From assembly GCA_051047955.1 (NCBI GenBank), contig JBPGPT010000008.1, positions 434,001-498,000 of the forward strand: a stretch of 64,000 bases of DNA. Reading direction: 5' to 3'. The position numbers and the translations under genes are program-made. The first letter of the stretch is position 1, and the number at the start of each line of letters is the position of its first letter. Positions 51,479 through 64,000 of the stretch are shown here, piece after piece. This stretch comes from Cystobasidiomycetes sp. EMM_F5. Its lineage: Eukaryota. The notes below the pieces were generated by a model, which was given only the letters and a program-made list of their open reading frames with translations, searched no databases and was not told the DNA's origin.

Positions 51479-53912
51479 TTACAGCATAAACCGCGGATCT
51501 TCGATATATTGCTTGATGCGAACCAGGAATGTGACGGCTTCTCTTCCATCGAGCAGTCGGTGATCGTATGTAAGCGCAACAATCATGATTGGTCGAATCT
51601 CAATCTTGCCGTCAATGACGACAGCGCGGTCCTTAATGGAGTGCATGCCCAATACCGCTGCTTGTGGAAGGTTGATGATGGGGGTACCGTATAGCGAGCC
51701 GAACACGCCTCCATTCGAGCTGTCGCGCCGACGATATCAGCGACTTTCTTTTTCCATCAACGTATGACACTCACATTGTAAATGTGCCGCCGGCCATATC
51801 TTCAAGAGTGAGTTTGTTATCGCGAGCCTTCTTGCCAAGATCCGCAATAGCTTGCTCAATTTCGATAAACGACAGGCCCTCTGCATTCCGTACGACCGGC
51901 GTGACAAGGCCTTTCGGTGTTGCTACAGCTACCGACAAGTCAACAAAGTCGCGGTAGACAATCTGGTCGCCTGGCCCTGGTCCTTCAATGGAAGCGTTGG
52001 CAGCGGGGATCTCCTTGAGTGCAAGGGTAGCGGCTTTGGCAAACGCAGACATGAATCCAAGTTTGATGCCGTGGGTCTTGAGTATTTGATCCTTGTACTG
52101 ACTGCGCATGCTCATGAGTTGAGACATGTCAATCTCGTTGAAGGTCGTCAGTGAAGCCGCGGCATTCTGCGACTGCTTCAAGCGCTCGGCAATACGTTTC
52201 CGCATAGCGTTCATCTTGACTCTTCGCTCGGTCCGGTTACCCGGCTGTGGTTTGGGCTCTGAGGTTGCAGGAGAGGGTTTGGAAGAGGAAGATTTGCTGG
52301 ATTCGGCTTTGGGTTGTTTAGGTTCAGACGCTTTCGGCGATGGACGCTTCGGTTCTTGCTCCTTTACAGCGACTTCAGAACTGGATTGTTTGCGGGATGA
52401 GGTGTCGTTTTCGCTGGCGGTTGGCTCGGGTTGCGCTTTATCTTTGCCGCTGTCTCGGGAAGCGGGCGCCTTCTTGGGAGGAGCGGCTGCTCACCATGTC
52501 AATCATTCAGCAGGATCTAGGGCAGGCAATTTTGTCAACTTACAGCCAGCCGGTGCTAGCTTGTACAAGTCTTGTCCGACACTGACGGTCTCCTCTTCTT
52601 GCGCCAAAATTTCGACAATGACACCAGCTTTTGGTGCGTTGATGGTTACGTCGATCTATAGTATAGCGTTATTTGCATTGGAAATGTTCACGCCGCTCAA
52701 AAGTCATTGCACGCCCACCTTGTCAGTCTCAATGGACGCAATCTCCTCATCAGCCTCAACCTGGTCGCCAACCTTCTTCATCCAGGTCTTCAGAGTGCCT
52801 TCGGATATGGACTCCGCCATCTGCGGCACTTTGATTGTCTCTGCTTCGCCGGAGGGCGCAGGTGTGCTAGACTCTCCACTTCCTTCCGAGCCTTCTGCAC
52901 TACTACCGCTGCTGCTCGACTCGGAACCTTCCGCTTCTTGTTGATCCTTCTTTGCGGGGGATGCAGCTGGTTCCTCGCTCTTGCTGTCACTCTTTGATGA
53001 GGACGACGAGGACGAGGAGTCTTTGATCAAAAGTCCATCGAAAGGCGGTGTCAGAGAATACCTGCAGGCGATGGTGCCAATGCTTGGCTTGATCACTTAC
53101 CGTCTTTGCTTGCTTCGGTATCCAGCTTGTACAAGTCTTGCCCCACAGCCACGGTATCCTCTTCTTGAGCTAGCACTTCAACTAGCTTTCCAGCCTTCGG
53201 AGCGTTGATGGCGACGTCAATCTGGTACAATTTGTGTACCCGGTCAGTTTGAGTGTTTGTATACGACACTGCTGTGTTGAGCAATCACCTTGTCTGTCTC
53301 GATGGAAGCAATCTCCTCGTCTGCTTCAACCCAGTCGCCTGGCTTCTTCAACCAGGTCTTGAGTGTCCCCTCGGAGATTGACTCTGCCATTTGCGGGACT
53401 TTTATCGTTTCCGGGGCTGACAAGGCAGTGAGACGTTTAAGAGAGCTTAGAGAGTGTTGGAGCATGTGCTTCTACCAGCTCACCATAGCGTGCTATAGAC
53501 GTATGCAGGCCTGCCAGGGCGTACGGAGTTGCGAGGTGTGGTCTGCCAACGCAAACGACGGCGCAACAAGCGAGTCAGCCTTCAGCAAGTCCAGCGTTAT
53601 ATCTCCATTGTATGCCTTTGCAGCCTGTCCCCGCCCAACATCTTTCGCGATATTGCCAGCCGGGATATTGGACTGGACCACATCACAAAAACGGAAGCTC
53701 CAAGCTGGCCGGCGGGACTGCTGATGGCTGTGGACGTGCCCACGACCGTATGCTGACCTGTTCCAAGGCTGCCCAAGCCCGTGCGACTGCTGAACACTAT
53801 ATCCTGATCTTTTCGATGACAATGCTGCCGTGCTGGTTGCCAGGGTGCGCCATGCTCCCATCCGCCTGAGCGCCATGAGCCCGCGTGGGCTACTTCGAGC
53901 AGCCTGCAGCAT
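51479..53912 (-). CDS. KGD2: Dihydrolipoamide succinyltransferase (E2 of 2-oxoglutarate dehydrogenase) with two lipoyl domains
   Basis: Mitochondrial-type presequence; two copies of [13 protein letters not shown]...IETDK|IDV; catalytic [41 protein letters not shown]. Confidence 0.97.
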
Positions 53913-54200
53913 TGTTGTCCAGGATTAAAAGTTGAGTATTCGACTGGCAACCAGTTGGAAGGAGCGGAGTCGTTCAGGTCCGACGGGCTTCATTCCGGCA
54001 GACACCGGGTGGGGCAGACATTGATCACAGCAGACATGGCCATATCTACGCTTGTGCTCTGTACAAAGATGGGAAATGCTGCCTATAGCTACACGGTTGA
54101 GTCGCAAACTGCGGGGACGGACAGAAGATTAACTTAGATATTCAGAATGTGGAGAGGGTATGGTGTATGATGGTGACGACCAAGCAAAACAAGATTCATC

Positions 54201-57200
54201 TCACCCGTCAGACGGTGATCGCACGTTCATCGTGAAAGAAGGGAGTAATCCCCGATGTCTAAGCTTGTCAATCCGCTCTTGCTCGTCTTCCGAGTCTCGT
54301 GTTGACAAAACGCCGTCTGTCTGGACAGGATGTCCGCCCTCGAGTCGGGCAGTTGCGTGCGCCCTCGCAGAAGCAATTGCAGACGGACTTGGGTCTCGTG
54401 AGGAGGCTTCCGAGTTGCTTACCACGTTGGACACCTGTTGTTGACGATGTCGCTGACGGAGACCGTCTGCTGGGTGCTCCTCCTTCTTGCTGTTGCCGTC
54501 AAAGTGGACACTCCTCGAGGTCGATGGGGAGGTGCTGCGAGAGGACAGCTGCGAGCTCATTCGAGATCCGGCGTCAGAGTGGTCATGATCTGGAAGAAGC
54601 ACCCGCTCCAGGGGAGGCGTCGACACGGGTGATGCCGCCGAAGGACTAGTAGCAACTTCTTGGCGCAACGCACTGTGCTTCTCTGGGTGTGTCAAGATAC
54701 TATTCGCAGCCTTTAGACCATGACCAGTCATAATCGGCACCGGAGCCGAATGCCGCATCTGACGAGGCCGTACCTCATCTGGTACAGCCAAGGTTTCTTG
54801 ATGATTCGACTTTTCGGCCGTGATGGTAGCATCAGAGGCGGTGGGTAACATCGAAGGGGCAGATATGCTAGCTACTTGCGAGGAAGCATTCGACTTGATG
54901 GAAGCGTTCGACGATCTCCGTAGAAAGAACGGCTTGAAGACTCCGCTGTTGACTCTGGGTACCAGTCCACCAGTGCTTGCATGGCTAGGATTGCCAGACG
55001 CAGAAGTGAGTTCAGAGCCATTTTGTGCTTGTGCTTCAGAAGCTATTCGAGCACGCTCAAGCCCTTCGTAACGTTTAGCCTTGGTGATTGACAGCTTTGT
55101 CGGCGTTGTACTCCTAAACGGCGTCGCACCACCGCCGCCAATCTCAGCCGACGGGAAGGGAAGAGAGTGATGCTTTCCAGTCACTGGCTCGGCGCCCGCT
55201 GGTATCTGAATGAGAACGGAATGGTCGTCCTCTTCTCCTTTTCGATGGTGATGATGATGATAACCTGCGTGAGGTGGTTTATTCGGATCATGATGTCGTG
55301 CAGAATCCATACGCTTCTTCGCACCGCGAGCTGTAACCAAGCGCCTGCCGTGCGCGTCTTTCGATTCCGCCAACAGACTGCCATCCAGCTCGCTGACCTT
55401 GTCTTCAAAAATGGCATCAATGAGGTCTTTGGCATCGTAGTCGGTACGATTCACACCACTCAGAGACAAGGACGCGTCAAGACGGTCCTTGTTTAAACTT
55501 CCCACGTCACCGAGACCTGTATGGGGCGACGGTGCAAAGCTACTTCTCGTGACATCGATGTCGATACCAGAACTTGCACTAGAGTGTGGTCCACGCGAGT
55601 TTCGTTTATTCGTCAGTACTGCAATGGGTTGACTATCAGAGAAGGGGAGGCAGGAATGTCGCCATACGAATATACTTACCAGAAGTCGATGACGCATTAT
55701 TGTGAAAAGTGAGACTCTTGCCGCTCGACTGCGCATGAGGTGACTTTTGAGTAGACTTCTTCCCCTTGACATCCAGTGTACCAGTCTTCAGCTGCGGTCT
55801 AACATTCGCACTGATGATTCAGCCGTATACGCGACATCCATGACACCCATACTCACGCTCTGAAGACCCTCTCTCCGCCTATCCACTCCATTCTTATTGC
55901 TATGCGCAAAAGAGCATTCGTTCTGCCGTTCTGCAACAGGTATCTGCGGTTGATCCACGTGTCTTTATTATTGTTTGATCTGCCAGACGCGACAAACTCG
56001 CTCAAATCTAGGCACAATTCGCCGAGATGCATCTCTTCATGTAGCTCCTTCTTGTTGCGCTCTAGCTTCATTTCTGTGTGAGATGACCCTGATGCAATTG
56101 ATGCAGAAGACGAATGCAAAAGCGATACCATTGACGAACTTGGTGTATCTCCTTTCGCCTTCAATGTCGATGCCAAGTCCCGGGTGGAAGCTGAAGGCGT
56201 TGTAACTCGCTGTGCTATAGCTCCTCTGGCATGCGGTAACGGAGTCACGCGGACTTTGTGCCGGATCGACAAACGGACTGGACATGCACTGAGTGCGCCC
56301 GTCTCTTTGCTGATGGGTATAGCTACCGCACAGAGTATGTGCTGATCAAAATGACAGGCATGATTCTTGAGCTCGAGGCGGCTCGTCGAGCCTTTCGGGT
56401 CTGTCAGGCGTATGGGGAGATTGGGTGGCATCTGTGGCTGATCTGGGGTACTCGGACTGTCGCGCGCGTGCAGGGTAGACCATCGCGTGAGACCTGTCCC
56501 TCCTGGACTGTTTCCTTCTGTTGCACTGTATGGATTGCCTTCGTAGCTGTCGCCCCGAGAATGGGCAGACATGCCAGACCGCGAGGTGTTGAGGGACGGT
56601 CGAAGAGAGGCAGACGTGGGCGACTCTGTGCGCCTGTACGAGCTGGAGGGAGAGAAGGACGGTGGAGGGGAGTAGACTGGGGCAGGTCGTGGGGATGTGC
56701 CTCTTGCGCTGGGGTCGGTAGAGTGGCTGGGGCTATCTCTATCGGTCAGAGTTCGCACGCTTCCGGTCAAGGAGGAGCCTGGCGTGGGTTGACTGCCTGT
56801 GAGGGAGTGCAACGGACGCAGCGGTGTCGGGGTCGTTCCAGCTCTGGCAGAGTATTCTGGGAGGGTGGAGTGGGAGGAAGTCGGAGAAGCTGTGGAAGCG
56901 TCGTTTGGGCCAGTCGAAGACGACGGGCTGAACGGGGCGGACGTTGTGCCCGAGCGTATCCTCTTTCCGACCCCACCTACCCCCTTGACCATGTCGTGCT
57001 TCATGTCCTTCATCGCATGACGTGTTTCGCGGTACATTCTCCTCGCCATCCCGCCTGGCCCGCTACCGAGTCCATCGTCTGGCTGGTCACTCCCCGCTCC
57101 GTCACCACTCTGCCAGAGGTATCCCTCGGTCCCCCTGACTGCCCGCTCGACTGCCTTTTCGCTCTGCGAGTGACCGAGGTGCATGTGGTTCTTGAAGCTC

Positions 57201-57319
57201 CACTTTACGCGGCACTCTCCCTCGTTGAGCGGGACATTGTACAGGTCTACGAGGTGGACGTGCGCTGTAAACTCGGAAAAGTGGGTTCCAAAGCGCAGAG
57301 TGCGGGCTACTGCGTCCAT
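54201..57319 (-). CDS. NT-C2 (EEIG1/EHBP1 N-terminal C2) domain protein with long disordered insertions
   Basis: HLVDLYNVPL..G..RVKWSF; STSRLELKNHACHF; LGELCLDLSEFV; RRYLLQNGRTNALLRIAIRM; later AKDLIDAIF. Confidence 0.82.
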
Positions 57320-57556
57320 GATGATGAGGCTGGATGAAGACAGTCAGCGAGTCGAATTGAGGCAGTCTCGCAGGATCATTGTATGGTAATGGACGTTGAA
57401 GAGCAGTGCGTCCCCAGCTAAATGCATGTACTTCATCCAGTCGGCAGGACTGAAGGATCAATCCAAATGCATTTCCAACTTGAACTCTCACCAAGTTCGC
57501 AACAATCAAAACAATGACGCCCCCATCTTTCAGCTAGCCCGCCTAACAGACCCGCC

Positions 57557-60500
57557 ATGGACAGCTCGCCCAACCTGCTCGAGATGCCCGCTCCAGCTTC
57601 CCACTCGGACAGCCCGTTTGACGACGAGATTCTCAAGAGATACCTCAACAGTCCCGTCGGGACGTCAAATAGTCTCTCGCCCTTGCAGCTGGACGCAGCC
57701 CAGCAGCCTGCTATGCACACCCATCCCTCTACAGCTGACTCGCTCGCAAAAGCTACACCGTCCAGCGTCTTTCCGACTGCCTCCGGAAGTCTGGCTCCGT
57801 CAACGACGAGCACCCAGGATACCCTCGTGTCCGCCATAAACGCACTCGGTGATGCCGGAAGGCAGCAACTACTCGCTATCCTCGCAATGGCGTCCACGGG
57901 CGACCCAAAGAGCCGAAAGAGCCAGAGCAGCGGGAGCAGTAGCGGCTCTCCCGCTTCCGCTCCAAGAAAGCATCGCAAGTCGCTCAGTATGACAAACGCA
58001 CCTCCTCAGGAAACGACGGGTATCTCGCCAGCCTCGGTTGCGAGCAGCGGCAGTAGCGGTAGCGGTGCCGGATCAGGACAGGGAGGGCTCAGTTCGGCTC
58101 TGCCAGTCTACTTTGCCAATGCTTTTCAGCAGTTTATTGCATCCGCACCATCCACAGCGTCGAATGGTAATCTACAGGCTGGCTTTGCGAGACCGTCCTC
58201 GTCGATGAAGATTTCGTCGTCGACAGAACATGCGCCGAATCAGTATACATCCACCAGGTCTAGCATGCCGACGCCATCCAAGTCATCCCATCCCCAAGAC
58301 GCCAGCGCACATCGTTCTCCAGCGCCGGGAACGAGCTCTTCGGCATTCTACACCGAGAGTGTTGGAGATGAGACTGATGTGGGTACAACTCGTCAAAAGT
58401 AGACCAAAGAAAATGCTAACAAATCTCCCAGCTGCTGTTTACACCCCTTCTCTCGCCCGCGTTGACTGCCTCTACCCAACCTGGTCCATCGATTGGTCCG
58501 CTGCCTGAGAGTTTTGCTAGCATGAATGCTTACCTCGGCAGCAGTCACGGTAGTAGCAGTACAAAGTCAAAATCTGGATACAACGGACAAGATGCTGTAG
58601 CTCCGATGCACATCTTTTCTCCTCTTACCAGTCCTGCTCTTGGTCCGACGCCTGATGCCTTGATCAACGGAACAACCATGAAGGGCTCTGCGACTGCCAC
58701 TCCAGTCGCATCTTCGTCCTCGGTAGCTAGACATCACCGTGGTGCCTCCAAGAATGCTCCGAAAGCTCGGCCTTCACCCATCATACGGCCTTTGACATCC
58801 GTGACAGAGAGTCAGTCAGAGCCTATGCAAAGTCATCACAAGTCTGCTTCGCGAGGCAATCACCATCACCGGCCGACTGTCAATACTTCGATGCCTACGC
58901 ATTCACGATCCGGCTCAAATGCAGCATCTCCTCAGACGGCTACATTTCAACAGTCTGGATCCGCACCGTCGAGCCAGCAGTACGAAATGTTCCGGCAGCC
59001 GCAGTACAGCAATCCGCCGAGTACGACAGCCTCCGTGGCAGGGTCGGCACCAACGTCGCCGGTATACCAGCCTATGTCCAAACTGTACGAAACAAGCAAT
59101 GCATCACTACATGAAAGCCCAAGCCCGCAACAGTTTGATCTCTCGTCGGCCACTCCTGCGACTGCCCTTGTAGGGCAGGTGGCACAGCGCGCCCAGCAAT
59201 CGCACTCGCAACAGCAAGAACCGCAGCCACAGCCACATCAGCACTATCAGCATTCTCCGACACAGGCTGGAAACAATGCGAATGCCGTATACAACCAGAG
59301 TGCTTTTACCGGACAGCCTCAGGCGAATCTGCAAAGTCATGGATTGACATCTCATCAGATGCCACAATACACCTCTCAAGCAGAACAAAACGGCATGTCG
59401 CAAAAGTACGGTACCCCTCAGGCGTATCCTCCTGCACCAGCCATGGACTTGAATACGATGCTAGCTATGCTCGGTATGCCAGCCTACCCTGCCATGCCAC
59501 AGCAGGACCTTCAGAATTACGTACAGACTCAAGCAGTCCTCCAGCAATTGATCGCTGAGCAACAGCGGAGCGACAATATGCAGATTGATGCTGAACAAGC
59601 ACGAATGCCCAGTAATGCTTGGTCAGCGCAATCGCCTTACGGGCAAGTTGGGTCGCACGAAGCACTCCGTCGCAATATCGGTCACGCAAACTCCATTCAA
59701 GCAGTGAATGACCTCTTGCGCCAGAATACAGTACTGGCAGCGAGTACAAATGGGACTTCCCCGTTGACACCGGCTGCATTCATGGGTATTGCCCCAAATC
59801 AGTACAGTATGCTGTCGGGGTTGCAAGCAGATCAGCCTCTTCCTTCTTCACCAGTTCATCCGTCGCCACTCAGCGCACAGGAAAGTCATCATCCTCTGCA
59901 AAGTTATGCGTCAGCTCCGCAGGGAGGATCTGGACAGCTTCCTCACGGCTATTCTGGTCAGTCTGCGCCCAACGGAATGCCTTCCCCTTGGGTAGCGCCT
60001 GTGGCCGAGTCTGCGCCATCCTCTAGCAGGTACGTACCTGAGGGTGCAAGTCGCAGCAACCTCACTAGCGCCACAGCCTCACCCGCTCTTAAAGCAATTG
60101 ACGCCCAACAAGTCGGTTCCAAATCGTCGCGGTCGACAGCTCGCAAACGATCAACATCCACTGCTGTACCTGCCCTTGATCTTGACGAACGGCCTACTGC
60201 GATTGCTCCTAAACGCGGACAAAAGCGGGTGTCGGCACGGGAAGCCAATGGCCAAGACCAGCGGATGGAAAGTACAGCCGGGTCCGCTGATGTATCGCCG
60301 CAACTTGCGCCTGATGCCAGAAAGTCTTCACATAAATTGGCAGAACAACGCAGACGAGACTCGCTAAAGACTTGCTTTGAGGATTTACGCTTTATCCTGC
60401 CACCCATCAATCCCGAGGAAGACGAGGATTTCAATGCAGGCAATAAGCGACCTGGCGAGAACAATGTCGGTGGTCAGCGAAGCAAGACTGGTATGATTGA

Positions 60501-61026
60501 TCCGAGGCATCCGAACAAGGGCATCTCAAAGGTCGCATTGTTGCGCAAGAGTAACGAATGTGAGTCTGTACCTCTCAGGAGAGATCAGGCGACGGACTGA
60601 CCACCATAATGTTCTGCAGATGTTACTAAATTGCACGAGCGCATCGATCGGAGAGATGCGACCATTCTCAAATTACGGCAGGAAATGCGAACATTAAGGG
60701 CAAGCCTAGGTCAAGGCAGTTTGGATGACGTCGCCGCGCTCGACGCGCTATCTACGGTAGATTGGCAGGAGTACGAAAGCGATACCGATCAACAGCAGCC
60801 TCCGTATCGCATCTACGGGATGCAAAGTGATCTGATAGGCAGCGTCTTCGGGCCGAAGGAACCGCCAATCCCTGAAGAAGATGATCAAGACGAGGAGCAG
60901 CGGATGGACGATATGGAGGAAGACGTTGACAATGAGGATGGTAGTGGTGACTACAAGCAGAAGAAGCCGAAACGCACCACTTCGTCAAGCAGCATCAGTA
61001 CGCGGAAGAGTGCAGTCAAGGGTTGA
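57557..61026 (+). CDS. bHLH transcription factor, Pho4-like
   Basis: RKSSHKLAEQRRRDSLKTCFEDLRFILP...NKGISKVALLRKSNE|Y; many SP/TP sites; LTSPALGP; architecture resembles basidiomycete Pho4 (orthology not tested). Confidence 0.85.
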
Positions 61027-61199
61027 CGGCATCCTCCATACGCTTAGAGCTTTGATGTACATACTTTCATATGCTTTGCTGGTACATGGATCAATTTCGC
61101 TTTCGAACACGAAAGATTATCTGCTACATAGACTTTATCGGAATGTCCTGTAGGCATCCTCGCCTTCGTGTCGCCTTCGTGTTGTTGCATATAGATCCT

Positions 61200-62970
61200 C
61201 TATTGCGACTCCGCGTTGCTGCTATGCCGGCTTTCCTCACTCGCATGTCGCGCCGTGTCACCCGTCTCCACATCTTGCGACTGCTGCTTCTTATGCGTCC
61301 TGACCCGCTTGCGTTGACTCCACTCTTCGCGTCCATCTCTTGTTTCTTCTGCGTCCTCCAGAAAGAATTGGCCAGAGACAAGTCTGGGGACAGTCATTGT
61401 GACGCAAAACAGCCAAAAGAGAAGAAGCAGGCAGGTGACGATGGTGTTGAGGACGCGAAAAGCAGGAGAGTCGAAATCTATGGCCAATTGACCGAGAGCG
61501 AGGGCATACACTCCCCAAGGATACAAGGCCGACCACTGCACGAAAATTCTGTGAATTAGCGTATGTCCCTCAGCGGCTATTCCACCCGGCGTACGTAGTT
61601 CATCGAAAAGGGCGCTTTTCGGATATCTGCAATCACAGTAGTCATCCCTTGCAGCATCCACCACGTTGCGAAGCCAATCAGACCGAGGGCAGCGACTACC
61701 CCGAACGCATATGCGGCCAGTCCTACCCCAGCCGTTGCCGCGTAGCCTCGACCGTACTGAGAAAAGAGATTCCTTGACGGACCAGCCAGTCGCCCCTGAC
61801 AGAAGGATTTCGAGGTTCAGTGAAAAGATGTACATGAATTCAGCTATGCATGAAGCAAGACTTACTAGGGACGTGACAGAGTATGCTGCATTGGCAATAC
61901 TTGCTATCGGTATAAAAGCCGCCATTGCTTTTTTGGGGGGCGGAGTGGATGCCGACAAGAGACGGCCCGTGTAATTCGCCAGAATGGCCAGCGCAATCAA
62001 GAATCCGAGGCCTAGGAGGGTGTAGGATATAAGGAGCACGGGCAGAGATGCTCGAACCGATATTGCGCAGTATGACAGGACAACCGACCCAGCAGAAGCA
62101 CTTGACAGAATTGCTAGGACGTATACGTTAGCTATAGCCACCATCGAATATGCCACTTGCCCACCAGTAGCGGGGTACAAAGCTGTAGGAGGTAGATTCT
62201 CGACGCTGACTTTCTCCATCCGGATCATGATCCAGTAGGGGAGAAAGGCAGCTACGAGCGAGATCGCTACGTCACAATACCAGAGGACCATGATAGCATT
62301 CCCCCACCCGTACCAGTCTTTGCCCAGAACGAGAGCGGTCATCTCGATCAGTGTGCTGATTGAGATGCTGACGGTACTGATATAGTCCGTCTGCTCGGGT
62401 TCCTCCTCGAAGTGAGCCACTGTTGATGAGGGGAACAGTGCTATTCGTACGCCGAAAGTGACGACTATTGCCGTGAAGATGAGCAGATCCAGCATCCACA
62501 CGATGATTGACAGGATGCCGAGACCGTTGAATTGGTATGGCAGAGTTTGCAGATTCACGGCGAGAATCTGAATGTCATCATCAATCGCAGGTTGTCTTCG
62601 TTTGCAGAGCCCCACTCACCCCAGTTCCCCTGTATGGATGGGAATGACATCAGTATAAAAGGAGAGAAGCGCTTCAGAACTTGGCTCGGATGCAACACCA
62701 AGGGAATTATTCGTACATGCAGAAGAGGAAGAACTGCGCGCTAAAGTTGGCGAGAGCTGTCTGTCCTGCATGGGGTTGGGACCAGTGATTGTGCATGACC
62801 GGTATCAGCCAGAACGGCGAGCAGGGAGGTCAGTCTAGAGTATTGAAGTCAGCGTGTTGGGTCAGTCGAAAGCCAGGATGGTTGTTCATTGCAACTCTTG
62901 TTAATCTGACAAGTTGAACATGGTGATTGTCATCCAGATCCAGATCGTCATTTCTTTCAATGATCGCCAT
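61200..62970 (-). CDS. TDT/SLAC1 family anion transporter (MAE1/SSU1-like C4-dicarboxylate/sulfite efflux); start uncertain
   Basis: LANFSAQFFLFCM|GTG|ILAVNLQTLPYQFNGL; multiple TM segments; WSALYPWGVYAL; FDSPAFRVL. Confidence 0.85.
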
Positions 62971-63343
62971 CTTGGATCTTGACCTTCTCAGGCGATGCGG
63001 CTTCTGCTCTTGCTTCCTCGGGCCATGTTGGGACAATTGCTGATACTCTGTGCACCATTATGCTCCATGTCTTGCCGATGTCACCGTCTGTTTCCCAACG
63101 GCTATCACTGTCAATTGCGTCAATATCGACTTATCAGTGTACGAAGGGCATAGGTTGGCATGACATCGATGCGATTTGCCAATTGAGGTCTTTCGAATGA
63201 AGAAAGCAATTAACCCGAACAACTCTAGGCATCGTGCCACAGGCATACCACCAGACATTTGCTTCGCATATCACTAACACACAACCGCTTGTCGCCTTCT
63301 TCATGGCTATACTCCGCTTAGGAACAGCTCCCGGTAACGCCTT

Positions 63344-64000
63344 TCACCATCCAAATTCTTCTGGATAGTAGTCTATCGAACCCTTATCCTTCGAGATGGC
63401 CGCTGCACACCCAGCTCGACACGCACCCATCATACCCTCCGGACCAACAGCAACGACGGCGTGATTGCCAGGGCGGCATGTCAGATCACCGATGATTCCT
63501 GTCAAATCCGGACGCGGACCATATTCGATGGAAATATGAGCCAACGGAGCATTATTTTGCTTCTTTTCGAAATTGTGCGATGACGTCGAAGACGCTTGAA
63601 GCGAAGATTGTGATGAGGCTTTGGACGACTTTCCAGTCACATGCAGTATAACGGTGACCCGTTGCTGATCTCGGCCAGCCAGGCGATTGATGTCGTCTAG
63701 TATATCATGCCATCCATCTTCTTCTCGAACTACCCACAGCATGGTGATCACTGGCGGTGGAAGGGTTTGGTTCCGCTTTGCGCCAAGCAGAAGACTCTCG
63801 AGATGAGGAACAGCTGCAGTAACGCCAATGCCGCCTACGATGAGATGGACGTTATCGTATCTATTCAGCGGCAACCCATGTCCATAGGGTCCCTCCAGCC
63901 ATATCCTCCTTTCCACGGGAGTGCCCCAGGGTTGCGTCAGCAGCCTCTCACTAAGCGCATGCGTTATACCCTTCCGTCGCTTGACATAGAAAGTGATTGT
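63344..64000 (-). CDS. Ferric/cupric reductase (FRE-like), C-terminal FAD/NAD-binding part; 5' part outside the window
   Basis: GITHAL, LEGPYG, LIVGGIGVT, LWVVR, RPDL, VGPEGM, C-terminal EEFGW. Confidence 0.88.
   Translation of the reverse strand, partial: TITFYVKRRKGITHALSERLLTQPWGTPVERRIWLEGPYGHGLPLNRYDNVHLIVGGIGVTAAVPHLESLLLGAKRNQTLPPPVITMLWVVREEDGWHDILDDINRLAGRDQQRVTVILHVTGKSSKASSQSSLQASSTSSHNFEKKQNNAPLAHISIEYGPRPDLTGIIGDLTCRPGNHAVVAVGPEGMMGACRAGCAAAISKDKGSIDYYPEEFGW

Noticed and set aside
53543..53757. TPP riboswitch in the KGD2 intron
   Set aside because: The conserved CUGAGA and GAUC/UAAU...GCG elements of fungal TPP aptamers are not present in the required arrangement
56258..57337. 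359-aa plus-strand ORF
   Set aside because: Antisense shadow of the GC-rich NT-C2 exon; Arg/Gly/Trp-rich with no domain
1..64000. Transposons, CRISPR arrays, tRNA/rRNA genes, recoded stop codons or pseudogenes
   Set aside because: No transposase/RT motifs, terminal repeats, spaced repeat arrays or tRNA boxes were seen by eye; ORF breaks in conserved genes coincide with canonical introns

Overview
Gene-dense, intron-rich eukaryotic DNA with short GT-AG introns and CTRAC/CTGAY branch sites. The gene content fits a basidiomycete fungus, probably a Pucciniomycotina-type yeast (inference). About 26 spliced protein-coding genes can be supported. Recognisable genes: a tandem pair of OSCA/TMEM63 channels, a glutathionyl-hydroquinone reductase, an aldo-keto reductase, PWP2, two SDRs (one intronless), PRP28, ATG11, a CaMK-like kinase, a perilipin, an M17 aminopeptidase, KGD2, an NT-C2 protein, a Pho4-like bHLH factor, a TDT/SLAC1 transporter and the 3' end of a ferric reductase. 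The most unusual items are: (i) three co-oriented membrane-anchored glycosyltransferase genes (one PLOD-like, two duplicated CgeB/Glyco_trans_1_2-like), plus a GT77-like gene about 18 kb away; (ii) two dispersed paralogous small secreted 8-Cys PAN/apple-like proteins sharing an invariant CAAMLPSMRARLR motif and identical intron positions; (iii) a KGD2 with two complete lipoyl domains and a structured 215-nt first intron; (iv) a large orphan gene with an internal repeat. No rRNA, tRNA, CRISPR array or transposon was recognised. Gene coordinates are start-to-stop spans including introns, inferred by eye.
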